Source: Halopseudomonas xinjiangensis (GTDB taxonomy: Bacteria > Pseudomonadota > Gammaproteobacteria > Pseudomonadales > Pseudomonadaceae). From it: a DNA stretch of 64,000 nt. How positions within the stretch are numbered: the first letter of the stretch is position 1; every line of letters begins with the position of its first letter. This document shows, piece by piece, positions 33,813-43,087 of this stretch. The stretch covers positions 8,112-72,111 of the forward strand of contig DRFO01000015.1 of the NCBI GenBank assembly GCA_011050525.1, in the 5' to 3' direction. Under the pieces are notes generated by a model. The model searched no databases and was not told where the DNA came from. It saw nothing but the letters and a program-made list of their open reading frames with translations. A program made the position numbers and the translations under genes.

Positions 33813-35921
33813 GTGAAACCGGTTATCAAACAATTCAAATTAGGCAACAACACCATCACCCTGGAAACGGGCCGCATCGCCCGCCAGGCTTCTGGTGCCG
33901 TACTGGTCAGCATCGACAATGCCGTCAGCGTTCTGTGTACCGTAGTAGGCGCCAAGAAAGCCGACGCCGGTCGTGACTTCTTTCCCCTGTCTGTACATTA
34001 CATCGAGAAGACCTACGCCGCAGGCCGCATCCCCGGTGGTTTCTTCAAGCGTGAAGGCCGTCCTACCGAAAAAGAGACCCTGACCTCGCGCTTGATCGAC
34101 CGTCCGATCCGCCCGCTGTTTCCCGAGGGCTTCATGAATGAAGTCCAGGTCGTCTGTACTGTCGTCTCCACTGACAAGACCACTGATCCGGATATCGCTG
34201 CGCTGATCGGTACCTCCGCCGCGCTAGCCATTTCCGGCATTCCGTTCGACGGCCCCATCGCCGGCGCACGCGTAGGCTTTGACGCCAACAACGGCTATAT
34301 CCTCAACCCCAACTACGAACAGCTGAAAGACTCACGTCTGGACATGATCGTAGCCGGTACTGAAGACGCTGTACTGATGGTTGAATCCGAAGCCAAGGAA
34401 CTGACCGAAGACCAGATGCTGGGCGCAGTACTTTTTGCCCACATGGAATTCCAGCCCGCTGTTCAAGCCATCAAGGAACTCGCCGCTGAAACCGGCAAAG
34501 CCCGTTGGGACTGGACTGCCGCCCCGGAAAATACCGTACTGCTGGACGCCATCAAAGGCCAGTTCGGTGCCGGTATCGCCGAGGGTTATACCATTACCGA
34601 CAAAATGGCCCGCTACACTCGCCTCGGCGAGTTGCGCAACCAGGCCATCGAAGCGCTGTCCGGCAACGAAGAAGGCAAGCCTTCTGCTGGTGAAGTCAAA
34701 GACGCCTTCGGCGAGATTGAATACCGCACCGTGCGTGAAAGCATTGTTAACGGCAACCCGCGTATCGACGGTCGCGACACCAAGACTGTTCGCCCGCTGA
34801 ACATCGAAGTTGGCGTACTGGATCGCACCCATGGCTCCGCGCTGTTCACGCGTGGCGAAACACAGGCCCTGGTTGTCACCACCCTGGGTACCGCCCGTGA
34901 CGCACAGCTGCTGGACACCCTGGAAGGCGAGAAGAAAGATCCCTTCATGCTGCACTACAACTTCCCTCCCTATTCCGTAGGCGAGTGCGGTCGTATGGGC
35001 GGCACCGGTCGTCGTGAAGTTGGCCACGGCCGCCTGGCCCGCCGCGGTATCGCCGCTGTGATGCCGAACATGGATGACTTTCCCTATACCATACGTGTGG
35101 TATCGGAAATCACTGAGTCCAACGGTTCCAGCTCCATGGCCTCCGTATGTGGCGCTTCCCTGGCTCTGATGGACGCCGGTGTACCGCTGACCGCTCCTGT
35201 AGCCGGTATCGCCATGGGTCTGGTCAAGGAAGGCGAGAAGTTCGCCGTACTGACCGACATCCTCGGTGACGAAGATCACCTCGGCGACATGGACTTCAAG
35301 GTAGCTGGCACCAGCAAGGGCGTTACCGCTCTGCAGATGGATATCAAGATCAAGGGCATCACCGAAGAGATCATGGAAATCGCCCTGGGTCAGGCCCTGG
35401 AAGCGCGCCTGAACATCCTTGGCCAGATGAACCAGATCCTTGGCGAGTCACGCAAGGAGCTATCCTCCAACGCACCGACCATGATCAGTATGAAGATCGA
35501 CTCCGACAAGATCCGCGACGTGATCGGCAAGGGCGGCGCGACCATTCGCGGCATCTGCGAAGAGACCGGTGCGTCCATCGACATCACCGATGACGGCACG
35601 GTAAAAATCTTTGCTGCGAGCAAGGACGCTGCCAACGCCGCCAAGCTGCGCGTTGATGGCATCACTGCCGAAGCGGAAATCGGCAAGGTCTATACCGGCA
35701 AGGTTGAGCGCATCGTCGATTTCGGCGCGTTCGTCAGCATCCTGCCGGGCAAGGATGGCCTGGTCCACATTTCCCAGATTGCCAACCAGCGCATCGAGAA
35801 AGTGACCGACGTACTGCAGGAAGGTCAGGAAGTGAAAGTGCTGGTGCTAGACGTCGACAATCGTGGCCGCATCAAGCTGTCCATGAAAGACGTGGAAGCA
35901 GCGGAAACCAGCGGCGTCTGA
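33813..35921 (+). CDS. pnp: Polyribonucleotide nucleotidyltransferase (PNPase)
   Basis: The track ORF starts at 33768. The GTG at 33813 follows AGAGAGAAG and gives (M)[19 protein letters not shown], a typical PNPase N-terminus. KH and S1 domains are at the C-terminus. Confidence 0.97.
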   Translation: MKPVIKQFKLGNNTITLETGRIARQASGAVLVSIDNAVSVLCTVVGAKKADAGRDFFPLSVHYIEKTYAAGRIPGGFFKREGRPTEKETLTSRLIDRPIRPLFPEGFMNEVQVVCTVVSTDKTTDPDIAALIGTSAALAISGIPFDGPIAGARVGFDANNGYILNPNYEQLKDSRLDMIVAGTEDAVLMVESEAKELTEDQMLGAVLFAHMEFQPAVQAIKELAAETGKARWDWTAAPENTVLLDAIKGQFGAGIAEGYTITDKMARYTRLGELRNQAIEALSGNEEGKPSAGEVKDAFGEIEYRTVRESIVNGNPRIDGRDTKTVRPLNIEVGVLDRTHGSALFTRGETQALVVTTLGTARDAQLLDTLEGEKKDPFMLHYNFPPYSVGECGRMGGTGRREVGHGRLARRGIAAVMPNMDDFPYTIRVVSEITESNGSSSMASVCGASLALMDAGVPLTAPVAGIAMGLVKEGEKFAVLTDILGDEDHLGDMDFKVAGTSKGVTALQMDIKIKGITEEIMEIALGQALEARLNILGQMNQILGESRKELSSNAPTMISMKIDSDKIRDVIGKGGATIRGICEETGASIDITDDGTVKIFAASKDAANAAKLRVDGITAEAEIGKVYTGKVERIVDFGAFVSILPGKDGLVHISQIANQRIEKVTDVLQEGQEVKVLVLDVDNRGRIKLSMKDVEAAETSGV

Positions 35922-35958
35922 TAACGTCTTTCAATATCCTGCAGTTGCATCAACATCA

Positions 35959-35985
35959 CCCCGGCTCCGCCGGGGTTTTTGTTTT
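35959..35985 (+). terminator. Intrinsic terminator after pnp
   Basis: CCCCGGC (35959-35965), TCC loop, GCCGGGG (35969-35975), then TTTTTGTTTT. Confidence 0.85.
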
Positions 35986-36254
35986 CAGGGCTGCTGGCGC
36001 CGAAAACATGCTGTGTTCCCCCTCGCTGTCATCTTCTTCGCTATCGATAGGGTTTCGTTTTCCGTTCACTAAAGGGAGCGCACCTCTGACTGACCTCAAC
36101 GTACGATCCGGGCCGAAAGCCATTATTTCGAAATAAACTGCATCATTTTTGGTGGCCGTTGTCACTAGGTTGTAATCAACCTGTGAACTGCTTTTCCCGC
36201 GGATATTTTGGTCTGCTGGAATGGCTAAAACCAACAAGAATCAAGGACCCGAAA

Positions 36255-36992
36255 ATGAACGCCACCGTTCGCGCCCGCTTGCAATCCACCTGGATGATGA
36301 TTGGCTTGATCTTCATCGCGTCGGCCGTTCTGTTGGGTTCTGCGCTGGGATTGAGCGCCTTGCTAGGCATTCCAGTAGGCGACATGACCCGGGACCCTAC
36401 GGCTGTGGCCGGCGTGTCCATTTACGTTGGGTTCCTGTCCCAGTTCGGTATTTTCCTGTGGGTAGGCGCCGCCGCGGTATGTCTGTTCGGTGCCGCAGTA
36501 CTTCCGGCCAGCGCAGAGCAGCGGGAGAACAAAAGGTTCCTGCTCGTCTCTGGTGCCCTGAGTCTGGTGTTGGGTTTTGATGACATCTTCCTGTTGCATG
36601 AGGCTTTTTTCCCTCACATCGGCATATCGGAAATGACAGTGCTTGCCGCCTATGGCCTGTTTGTTCTTTATTACCTGGCCAGATTCTATAAAACGCTCTG
36701 GCGCACCGAGTTCATTTTGTTAGCAATGGCGTTTGGCTTCTTCGGGTTGTCGGTCATCTTTGATTTGCTGGAACCTGGCGGGATAGATCCATATCTTGCT
36801 GAAGACGGCGTTAAGCTAATCGGCTTGCTGAGTTGGACGAGCTATTATTTCCGTACCACTCTGGTAGCAGTAAGGATGAACGCGCTGCAGTCAGAAACTG
36901 AGCTCGCCGGCCCTGGGTATTCCTTTGGGTTGACCCGGTCGAGCAGGCTTGAAGCCCTCAGACGAGGGGCGCACCGGACCGCCCCCCGCTGA
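36255..36992 (+). CDS. Hypothetical polytopic membrane protein
   Basis: The ATG at 36255 follows AAGGA and gives 245 aa with about six hydrophobic helices. I recognise no family. Confidence 0.55.
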   Translation: MNATVRARLQSTWMMIGLIFIASAVLLGSALGLSALLGIPVGDMTRDPTAVAGVSIYVGFLSQFGIFLWVGAAAVCLFGAAVLPASAEQRENKRFLLVSGALSLVLGFDDIFLLHEAFFPHIGISEMTVLAAYGLFVLYYLARFYKTLWRTEFILLAMAFGFFGLSVIFDLLEPGGIDPYLAEDGVKLIGLLSWTSYYFRTTLVAVRMNALQSETELAGPGYSFGLTRSSRLEALRRGAHRTAPR

Positions 36993-37004
36993 GGTGCAGT
37001 CCCG

Positions 37005-38168
37005 CTAGAACCTGAATATTGCTGCCGCGCCGCTCGTGCAGGGCATGCGCTGTGCTGGCGCGGTAACCACCTGGGCACCGTTGCGCAGGGCGTGAACAAT
37101 CAGCTCGTCCAGCACATCGGGGCCGTCAGGATTGTCTTCCTCCAGCGTGACACGGCCGCTCTGGTGGTCCAGTTCGCCTGGGATCATCCGGTCTTCTTCG
37201 ACAAACAAGGTCGCTACGCGTCCGGCGAGGGCTGCTTTGCCAATCTCCGTGATGTCATCAGAAGTCAGACCCTGACCGTTCGCAGCCCCATGCTGATCAA
37301 GCAGAGCATCGAGCCTCGCGGTATAGTCCTGGGCGATTACCTCGCCGGAGCGTTTGCGTAGCTCATTGATATTCAAGGCGGCAGGGTCGATTGAAATACT
37401 CTGATCGAGCAGTTGGTCGTTGTGGCTGAGTGCCCTGAAAAAAGCTTCATTTTCCGGCAAGGCGACAAGAATCAAGGGGAGCCCCGACGGCTTTGAATGA
37501 CAGGCCATGATGGCCCGATCAACTGCACGGAAGAAGCGGTCCCGGTCAGAATCGATCTCGTCCTGCTTGCCGCTACCACCCGACTCGTGCATATAGGTAT
37601 CGCCCCGGTCGCCCGCTGCGCTAAAGCCGTCCGGATGTCCTGACTGATCCCCAGGCGTCAGCTCTGAACCTAGCGCTTGTTCCTGGTTCAAGGGTACGTC
37701 GGGATCTGGCTGGATTTCGTCCAGCACCTCTCGATTGCCTTCAAACAGCCTTACCTCGTCACGAGACAGACATAACACCTGGTAACGGTCCGCGGACTGG
37801 GTGATTCGCAGCAGTGGCGACAGATGAGGATGCACATTTACCGAGGCGCACTCAGGCACCCGCTGCTGCAATGAATAGACCTTGAAGAAGTTTTCACCCC
37901 CCAGCATGGCGACGCCTTCTTTTTGATATACCCAGAAGTCCCGGTCTGCAAGCAAGGCGTTGAAGGGCCGCAGCAGCGCGTCCTGATCGGCGTCGGGGAA
38001 CTGAGCATCAAGGTGCTGCTGCAGCTGCCCTAACAGGTTCCGGTAGCGAATGGGATCCTGCTCGCGTTCTGGCGAGGTGCGATGGGTAGGCATATATAGG
38101 GAAAGACAGGGTTGTTTCTCTATCTTCAATAGGTCGGTCAAGGTGTTCTTGGTTATACGTTCAGGCAT
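37005..38168 (-). CDS. eRF1/Pelota-like protein, a candidate bacterial archaeo-eukaryotic release-factor (baeRF) family member
   Basis: The ATG at 38168 lies 7 nt after GAGGA and gives 387 aa. The N-terminus reads PCLSLYMPTHRTSPEREQDPIRYRNLL. A central G-rich loop followed by a helix (ESGGSGKQDEIDSDRDRFFRAVDRAI) resembles the eRF1 GGQ loop and the helix that follows it. The C-terminus (ALRNGAQVV...TSGAAAIFRF) resembles the eRF1/Pelota domain-3 ending GG.AAILRF. Confidence 0.5.
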   Translation of the reverse strand: MPERITKNTLTDLLKIEKQPCLSLYMPTHRTSPEREQDPIRYRNLLGQLQQHLDAQFPDADQDALLRPFNALLADRDFWVYQKEGVAMLGGENFFKVYSLQQRVPECASVNVHPHLSPLLRITQSADRYQVLCLSRDEVRLFEGNREVLDEIQPDPDVPLNQEQALGSELTPGDQSGHPDGFSAAGDRGDTYMHESGGSGKQDEIDSDRDRFFRAVDRAIMACHSKPSGLPLILVALPENEAFFRALSHNDQLLDQSISIDPAALNINELRKRSGEVIAQDYTARLDALLDQHGAANGQGLTSDDITEIGKAALAGRVATLFVEEDRMIPGELDHQSGRVTLEEDNPDGPDVLDELIVHALRNGAQVVTAPAQRMPCTSGAAAIFRF

Positions 38169-38399
38169 GGCAGCATCCTCGCTCAGGTTGATTAAATACC
38201 GCTCCCTGGCTCGATTTATTGCCGTTCTTGAATCGCCGTTTAGTCTGAGCACGCGGCAAGGCAACGCAAATGTTTTTGCTCCTTGTTTCTTTATGACGGG
38301 ACACCCTTCGATGAGTTCAAGCCAACTGGTCGGCGCCTCTTCCCCTGGGCGCTCTCGTGATCAAGTGCTGACGCAGGTTCTCGGGTGAAAGACCTAGTG

Positions 38400-39092
38400 T
38401 CAGTTCGCGCTCTGGATTTCGGCGGGGGTCAGGTTTCTGAAATCGCCGGAAGATAGCAGCGGATCGAGGGTGATGCTCCCTACGCTTTCTCGATGCAAAG
38501 CGGTGACCACGTTGCCAACGGCGTGAAACATCCGTTTGACCTGGTGATACCGACCCTCGTAGATCGTGAGTCGCGCTTCATGATCGCTCAGCTGAATCAG
38601 TTCGGCGGGGGAGGTGGTGATGCCTTCAAACGCAAAATGAATTCCTTCAGCAAACCTGGCGCTGGTGGTGGGGCAGATCGGCAAAGCGGTACGTACCGCA
38701 TAAACCTTGGGAAGCTTTGTTTTCGGCTCAAACAGTCTGCGGGACCACAGCCCGTCATTGGTCAGGATCAACAAGCCCGACGTGCTGCGATCCAGCCTGC
38801 CGCCGATGTGCAGCAGTGAGCGCAGCGGTGCGGGGAGAAGTTCCATGACGGTGGGGTGAAGCGGGTCGCTGGTGGCGCTGAGATAGCCTGCTGGTTTGTG
38901 TAGCATCAGATAATGGACAGGTTGTTGCTGAAGCAGAATGTCATCAAGGCTCACCGCTACGAAACGATCAATTTCCATGCGGGCGTCGAGAACCACTCTG
39001 CCAGCTACGCTGACGCGACCGCTGGCAATTATCAGGCGAGATGCCTGATGACTATGAAGGGAATTTTTACTGATGAATCGATCAAGTCGCAT
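38400..39092 (-). CDS. rsuA: RsuA-family pseudouridine synthase, 16S rRNA Psi516 synthase-like
   Basis: The ATG at 39092 gives MRLDRFISK with an S4 domain, then HYLMLHKPAGYLSATSD, the catalytic motif GRLDRSTSGLLILTNDG and EGRYHQVKRMFHAVGN. It is collinear with E. coli RsuA. Confidence 0.85.
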   Translation of the reverse strand: MRLDRFISKNSLHSHQASRLIIASGRVSVAGRVVLDARMEIDRFVAVSLDDILLQQQPVHYLMLHKPAGYLSATSDPLHPTVMELLPAPLRSLLHIGGRLDRSTSGLLILTNDGLWSRRLFEPKTKLPKVYAVRTALPICPTTSARFAEGIHFAFEGITTSPAELIQLSDHEARLTIYEGRYHQVKRMFHAVGNVVTALHRESVGSITLDPLLSSGDFRNLTPAEIQSAN

Positions 39093-39133
39093 GGCCGGAT
39101 TATAACCGGCACCTGCCCATCGCGGCGCTTGGT

Positions 39134-39727
39134 TTAAACCAGATCTACGACTGAGCGTGGATCGAAGTCTTTCCAATGCCCGTCCACCAGTTGACCTTGA
39201 GCCTGTTCCACGTCAGCTGCACCGCAGGTTCGCAATATCTGTACCGCCTGGTCCTTGGTCTTGCCGGATACGTCATCCACGCGCACGGCGAGATGGGTGC
39301 CCGCTTGCCGCTGCATTACCTCGTGGTTTTCGACCTCGCGCTCCTGGATTTCGCCAGCCTCTTCGGCCTCGTCAAGCTCCGATTCCTCATCGGTCTTGCT
39401 CATGGCGCCAATCAATGAGCCGGTATAGGCGCCGATTCCGGCACCAATGGCGACGCCCACAGGACCGACCAGAGGTGTGGCGGCGACGCCGGCCACTGCC
39501 CCAGCGGCTGCACCTATGCCAATCCCCGCTACGGCGCCTTTGCCTGAATCACGCGCGCCGGGGGAAATTTTCTCGTCTCCGCCAATAGGATAAATGTCAT
39601 GCTGCCCATCGGGATTGACGTAAAAGTGCGAGAGGCCATCTCGGGGGAAACCCGCATTTTCCAGCGCTCTCATGGCCTTCTCTGCGTGGTCCTGACTTTC
39701 AAAACGTCCTGCAACAATGGTACCCAT
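39134..39727 (-). CDS. Stress-protein-like protein: YflT/GSP17M-like N-terminus, central glycine zipper, acidic linker, C-terminal domain
   Basis: 197 aa containing MGTIVAGRFESQDHAEKAMRALENAGF and GAVAGIGIGAAAGAVAGVAATPLVGPVGVAIGAGIGAYTGSLIG. Confidence 0.5.
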   Translation of the reverse strand: MGTIVAGRFESQDHAEKAMRALENAGFPRDGLSHFYVNPDGQHDIYPIGGDEKISPGARDSGKGAVAGIGIGAAAGAVAGVAATPLVGPVGVAIGAGIGAYTGSLIGAMSKTDEESELDEAEEAGEIQEREVENHEVMQRQAGTHLAVRVDDVSGKTKDQAVQILRTCGAADVEQAQGQLVDGHWKDFDPRSVVDLV

Positions 39728-39817
39728 AGGTCGTCCTCCAACCGGAGATAAACGATTGTACTGAGCTCCCTGTTCAGACCAATCTTGATATTTAAGCGTA
39801 GCAACGGTTTCGCTACT

Positions 39818-40795
39818 TCACAAACCGCTGCGGTTGCTGACATCCTTTATAGATGAATCAGTTCGGTCCTGGTTGGCCTCTTTGCGCTCCCACTCCGGGG
39901 GCATCCACAGATGTCTGAGCCGCTGCCATAGTGGTCCTTTGCGCCGCATATCGGCGAACATATCGCGGTACTCGTGCAACCAGCTAACCAGCAGGTTGTT
40001 GGTCGGTACTGGCCGCGTGATGCCGTATTTGATCAGCTGGTCCGCTTGTTCAACAGCAAAGGTCCCGAACAGCCTGTCAAAGACGATGAAGACGCCTCCG
40101 TAATTCCTGTCGATATAGGCAGGGTTGCGCCCGTGGTGAACGCGATGGTGGTTCGGCGTGTTGAACACAAGTTCGATCAGTGGCGGCAGCTTGCCAACCA
40201 GCGTTGTATGGATGAAAAACTGGTAAACCAGCGAGAGGGCGTAGCAGACCCCTATCCAAACCGGATTGAAGCCGATTAAAGCCAGCGGAACGTAGAACAG
40301 CCATCCGCCGTTGAAGATGTTGGTCGCGTTCTGGCGCATGGCAGTGGAAAAGTTCATGCGTTCAGATGAGTGATGCGTGACATGTGCCGCCCAGAGCCAG
40401 CGCACCCGATGTGACGAGCGATGCATCCAGTAAAAGCTCAGGTCGGTCAGTAGCCAAAGCAGAATGCCGGTGAACACGGTCAATTGAATATCCAGTAGCC
40501 GGTAGCGGTAAGCCAAGGCATATACAGGAAACGCAATCAAGCCGGCGAACACCAGCTCAGTGGTTTGATATCCGGCGCCCAGCATGAAGTTGCGCAGGGA
40601 TTCACCAGCATCTACCAAATGAGGGTCGTGGCGGATCTTCAGGTACTCCCAGGCAAATACGCCGATGAATACCGGCGTGGCCAGCATGAAGATCAACTGC
40701 CGCTCATCCAGGGCCAGCCAGGGCGGAATCGCATGCCACAAGGCCGTAAGCCCACTGTCTGCCAGTACGTTATGGAACATCTCTGTCAGCGCCAT
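39818..40795 (-). CDS. Fatty acid hydroxylase / sterol desaturase superfamily membrane di-iron enzyme
   Basis: The ATG at 40795 follows AGGAAA. Histidine boxes are HRSSHR, HVTHHSSE and HHRVHH, and N-terminal transmembrane helices are present. Confidence 0.8.
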   Translation of the reverse strand: MALTEMFHNVLADSGLTALWHAIPPWLALDERQLIFMLATPVFIGVFAWEYLKIRHDPHLVDAGESLRNFMLGAGYQTTELVFAGLIAFPVYALAYRYRLLDIQLTVFTGILLWLLTDLSFYWMHRSSHRVRWLWAAHVTHHSSERMNFSTAMRQNATNIFNGGWLFYVPLALIGFNPVWIGVCYALSLVYQFFIHTTLVGKLPPLIELVFNTPNHHRVHHGRNPAYIDRNYGGVFIVFDRLFGTFAVEQADQLIKYGITRPVPTNNLLVSWLHEYRDMFADMRRKGPLWQRLRHLWMPPEWERKEANQDRTDSSIKDVSNRSGL

Positions 40796-40919
40796 GCTTT
40801 TTCCTACCGCCGCGGTGGGTATCCGAGATTGATATTTTCGCAGCCAAACCAACGCAGGGATTGACATTTAATGCCGTGTTTTTGACTCTTTATGCCAGAT
40901 ATCAAGGGATGCTTTTTAT

Positions 40920-41948
40920 ATGGCGACGCCGTTGCGGGTGACTGGAGCCTGGATTCAGCTGCTTACGGATTGGCTGGATCAGGAGAAACTTGCCGCGCCC
41001 GAGCTGCGAAATCTTCTCGATAGTCGAAGGCCGGCAGATATCGTACCTATGACTATATGGTGCGCAATGCTTGAACGTGCAGCCAGACTGCGCCCTGAGC
41101 ATCCTTCCCCCGCCCTTGCTATAGGGGCTTTGGTGCAGCCCCGTCATGTTGGCGTACTTGGCTACCTCATTCTCACATGCGATACATTAGGTGCAGCCAT
41201 GCAGGCCTATCAGCGTTACGAGCGGCTGTTTTACGGAGCGGACGTGGTGTCGATGCAAGTGAGCGCAGAGCAGGTGACGGTACGCTGGCCTGGCGAATCG
41301 TCTACCGGCCAGCTCGCCGATACCGTAGCGATAGCCGCGTTGCTCGCCTTTTGGAGACGCCTGGTAGAGGAAGAGCCGGTGCCTACCAGGGTGAGCTTTG
41401 TTTTTGCAGCGCCTGAACCGCTGGAGAGTAGAGAGGCCTACCAGCGTTTTTTTGCTTGCCCGGTAAGCTTTGGCGCAACCGATACGGCGATACAATTCCC
41501 AACGGCTTACCTTAACAAGCCTCTGCCGCGCAGTGAGCCGACTGTTCGGGGGCTGCTGGACCGGCAGGCGGATGCATTGATGCTGGCATTGCCCGATTCC
41601 GATTCCTTCGACCGAGCGTTGCAGCAGAGCATGGTGCGGCTCCTTCCCGAGGGCCGGGTCAGCTTGCCCAGGGTGGCGGCGGACCTGCATGTTTCAGTCA
41701 GAACGCTGCAGCGTCGCCTTGAGGATCGCCAGCTAACCTGGCGTGATCTGCTGGATCGCACTCGTGAGCAACTCGCCGCCCAGTACCTGGCTGACGCGTC
41801 GCTCACCCTGGGCGATATTGCCCTGCTGCTCGGGTTCTCCGAGCAGAGCGCCTTTACCCGTGCTTATCGACGCTGGACGGCTGAGACTCCAGTGCAGGCG
41901 AGGCGCAACATTCTCCGATTTGGCCGCCGTGCTCGTGGTCGGCTTTAA
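40920..41948 (+). CDS. AraC-family transcriptional regulator with an AraC_binding_2-like N-terminal domain
   Basis: 342 aa with a C-terminal double HTH (VSVRTLQRRLE..., IALLLGFSEQSAFTRAYRRWTAETP). It is divergent from the hydroxylase gene. Confidence 0.85.
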   Translation: MATPLRVTGAWIQLLTDWLDQEKLAAPELRNLLDSRRPADIVPMTIWCAMLERAARLRPEHPSPALAIGALVQPRHVGVLGYLILTCDTLGAAMQAYQRYERLFYGADVVSMQVSAEQVTVRWPGESSTGQLADTVAIAALLAFWRRLVEEEPVPTRVSFVFAAPEPLESREAYQRFFACPVSFGATDTAIQFPTAYLNKPLPRSEPTVRGLLDRQADALMLALPDSDSFDRALQQSMVRLLPEGRVSLPRVAADLHVSVRTLQRRLEDRQLTWRDLLDRTREQLAAQYLADASLTLGDIALLLGFSEQSAFTRAYRRWTAETPVQARRNILRFGRRARGRL

Positions 41949-42007
41949 TGGGGCACGATTGCTTGCCGAAGGAGTCAATGAGGTAGACACGGTAAGGAGG
42001 ACTTTGC

Positions 42008-42286
42008 ATGCCTGTTTATTCCATAAGATGCAACGATCAGAACCATCACCAATGCGAAGAAGAAGTGCGGGTAAAACTCGATATTGTTGGGTTGACCGAG
42101 ACCCAGATTGAAGCGATCGAAGAGGGCCGGCCCATTAATCTTACGCCTCGACAGGTCGAGGGGAGCGATCTGACGTTGAGCGAGACTCAGAGCGCCTCGT
42201 TGGCGGCGGAGGGTGTACTTGAATATCGGATCGACATCGAGTCGATTTGCGATACCTGTGGTGGCGCATTCGGGGACGATGAATAG
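42008..42286 (+). CDS. Hypothetical small acidic protein with terminal Cys pairs
   Basis: 92 aa with C8-x8-C17 (CNDQNHHQC) near the N-terminus and CDTC near the C-terminus. I recognise no family. Confidence 0.4.
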   Translation: MPVYSIRCNDQNHHQCEEEVRVKLDIVGLTETQIEAIEEGRPINLTPRQVEGSDLTLSETQSASLAAEGVLEYRIDIESICDTCGGAFGDDE

Positions 42287-42326
42287 GCTATGGTGAACGG
42301 ACCTTCTGTTCACGCCAGGTGGAATT

Positions 42327-42848
42327 ATGTTTTTTGACGATTGGGCAGGCCTCGTCAGAGTGCTTGTTGTGGGAGCGCTTGCTTACACAGCAATGTTGGT
42401 GATGCTTCGAGTGTCCGGGAAACGTACCCTCTCCAAGCTCAACGCCTTCGATTTGATTGTGACGGTGGCCCTCGGTTCGACATTGGCCACGGTATTGCTA
42501 TCAAAGGATGTGCCGCTTGTGGAGGGCATGCTGGCGTTCGCCGTGCTGATCTTCGCCCAGTATCTGATTACCGCGCTGTCGGTTCGCTCGTCTGCGGTGC
42601 GTGGCCTGGTGAAATCGGAGCCCCGGTTGTTGTTCTACCAGGGGAAGATGCTTGACGACGCCTTGCGCCATGAGCGGGTAACCAAGAACGAGCTTCTTGC
42701 CGTCGCCCGGTCAAGCGGCTACGCCGATATGGCCCAAGTGGGTGCGGTGATACTTGAAACGGACGGCAGCTTTAATGTGCTGGCGCTGACCGACACGCCA
42801 GCAAACCCGACGCTGAAGGATGTGCGCGGCGCCCCCGATAGCCATTAG
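42327..42848 (+). CDS. DUF421/YetF-family membrane protein
   Basis: 173 aa containing LRVSGKRTLSKLNAFDLIVTVALGS, a typical YetF N-terminal motif. Confidence 0.75.
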   Translation: MFFDDWAGLVRVLVVGALAYTAMLVMLRVSGKRTLSKLNAFDLIVTVALGSTLATVLLSKDVPLVEGMLAFAVLIFAQYLITALSVRSSAVRGLVKSEPRLLFYQGKMLDDALRHERVTKNELLAVARSSGYADMAQVGAVILETDGSFNVLALTDTPANPTLKDVRGAPDSH

Positions 42849-43087
42849 ATTGTCTGCCATTCGTCGGTAACCGACTCGCCGGCGCTCCCGAGAGGCCGCG
42901 ACGTCGGCCCTGCAACCCGGTGATCCTGGCTGCGCTGGAACGGTGCGCCCCATCGGCGAATCGGCCTTCGGCGGCGCTTATACGGAATTTTCAGCCAGCA
43001 AAAGGTTCATAGGTTGATAGAGATGAATGGCATTTAGGTCTTGCCGTTGTCACGGATCAAGCAGTTGCCTGAGTGCAGGAGTGCAAT

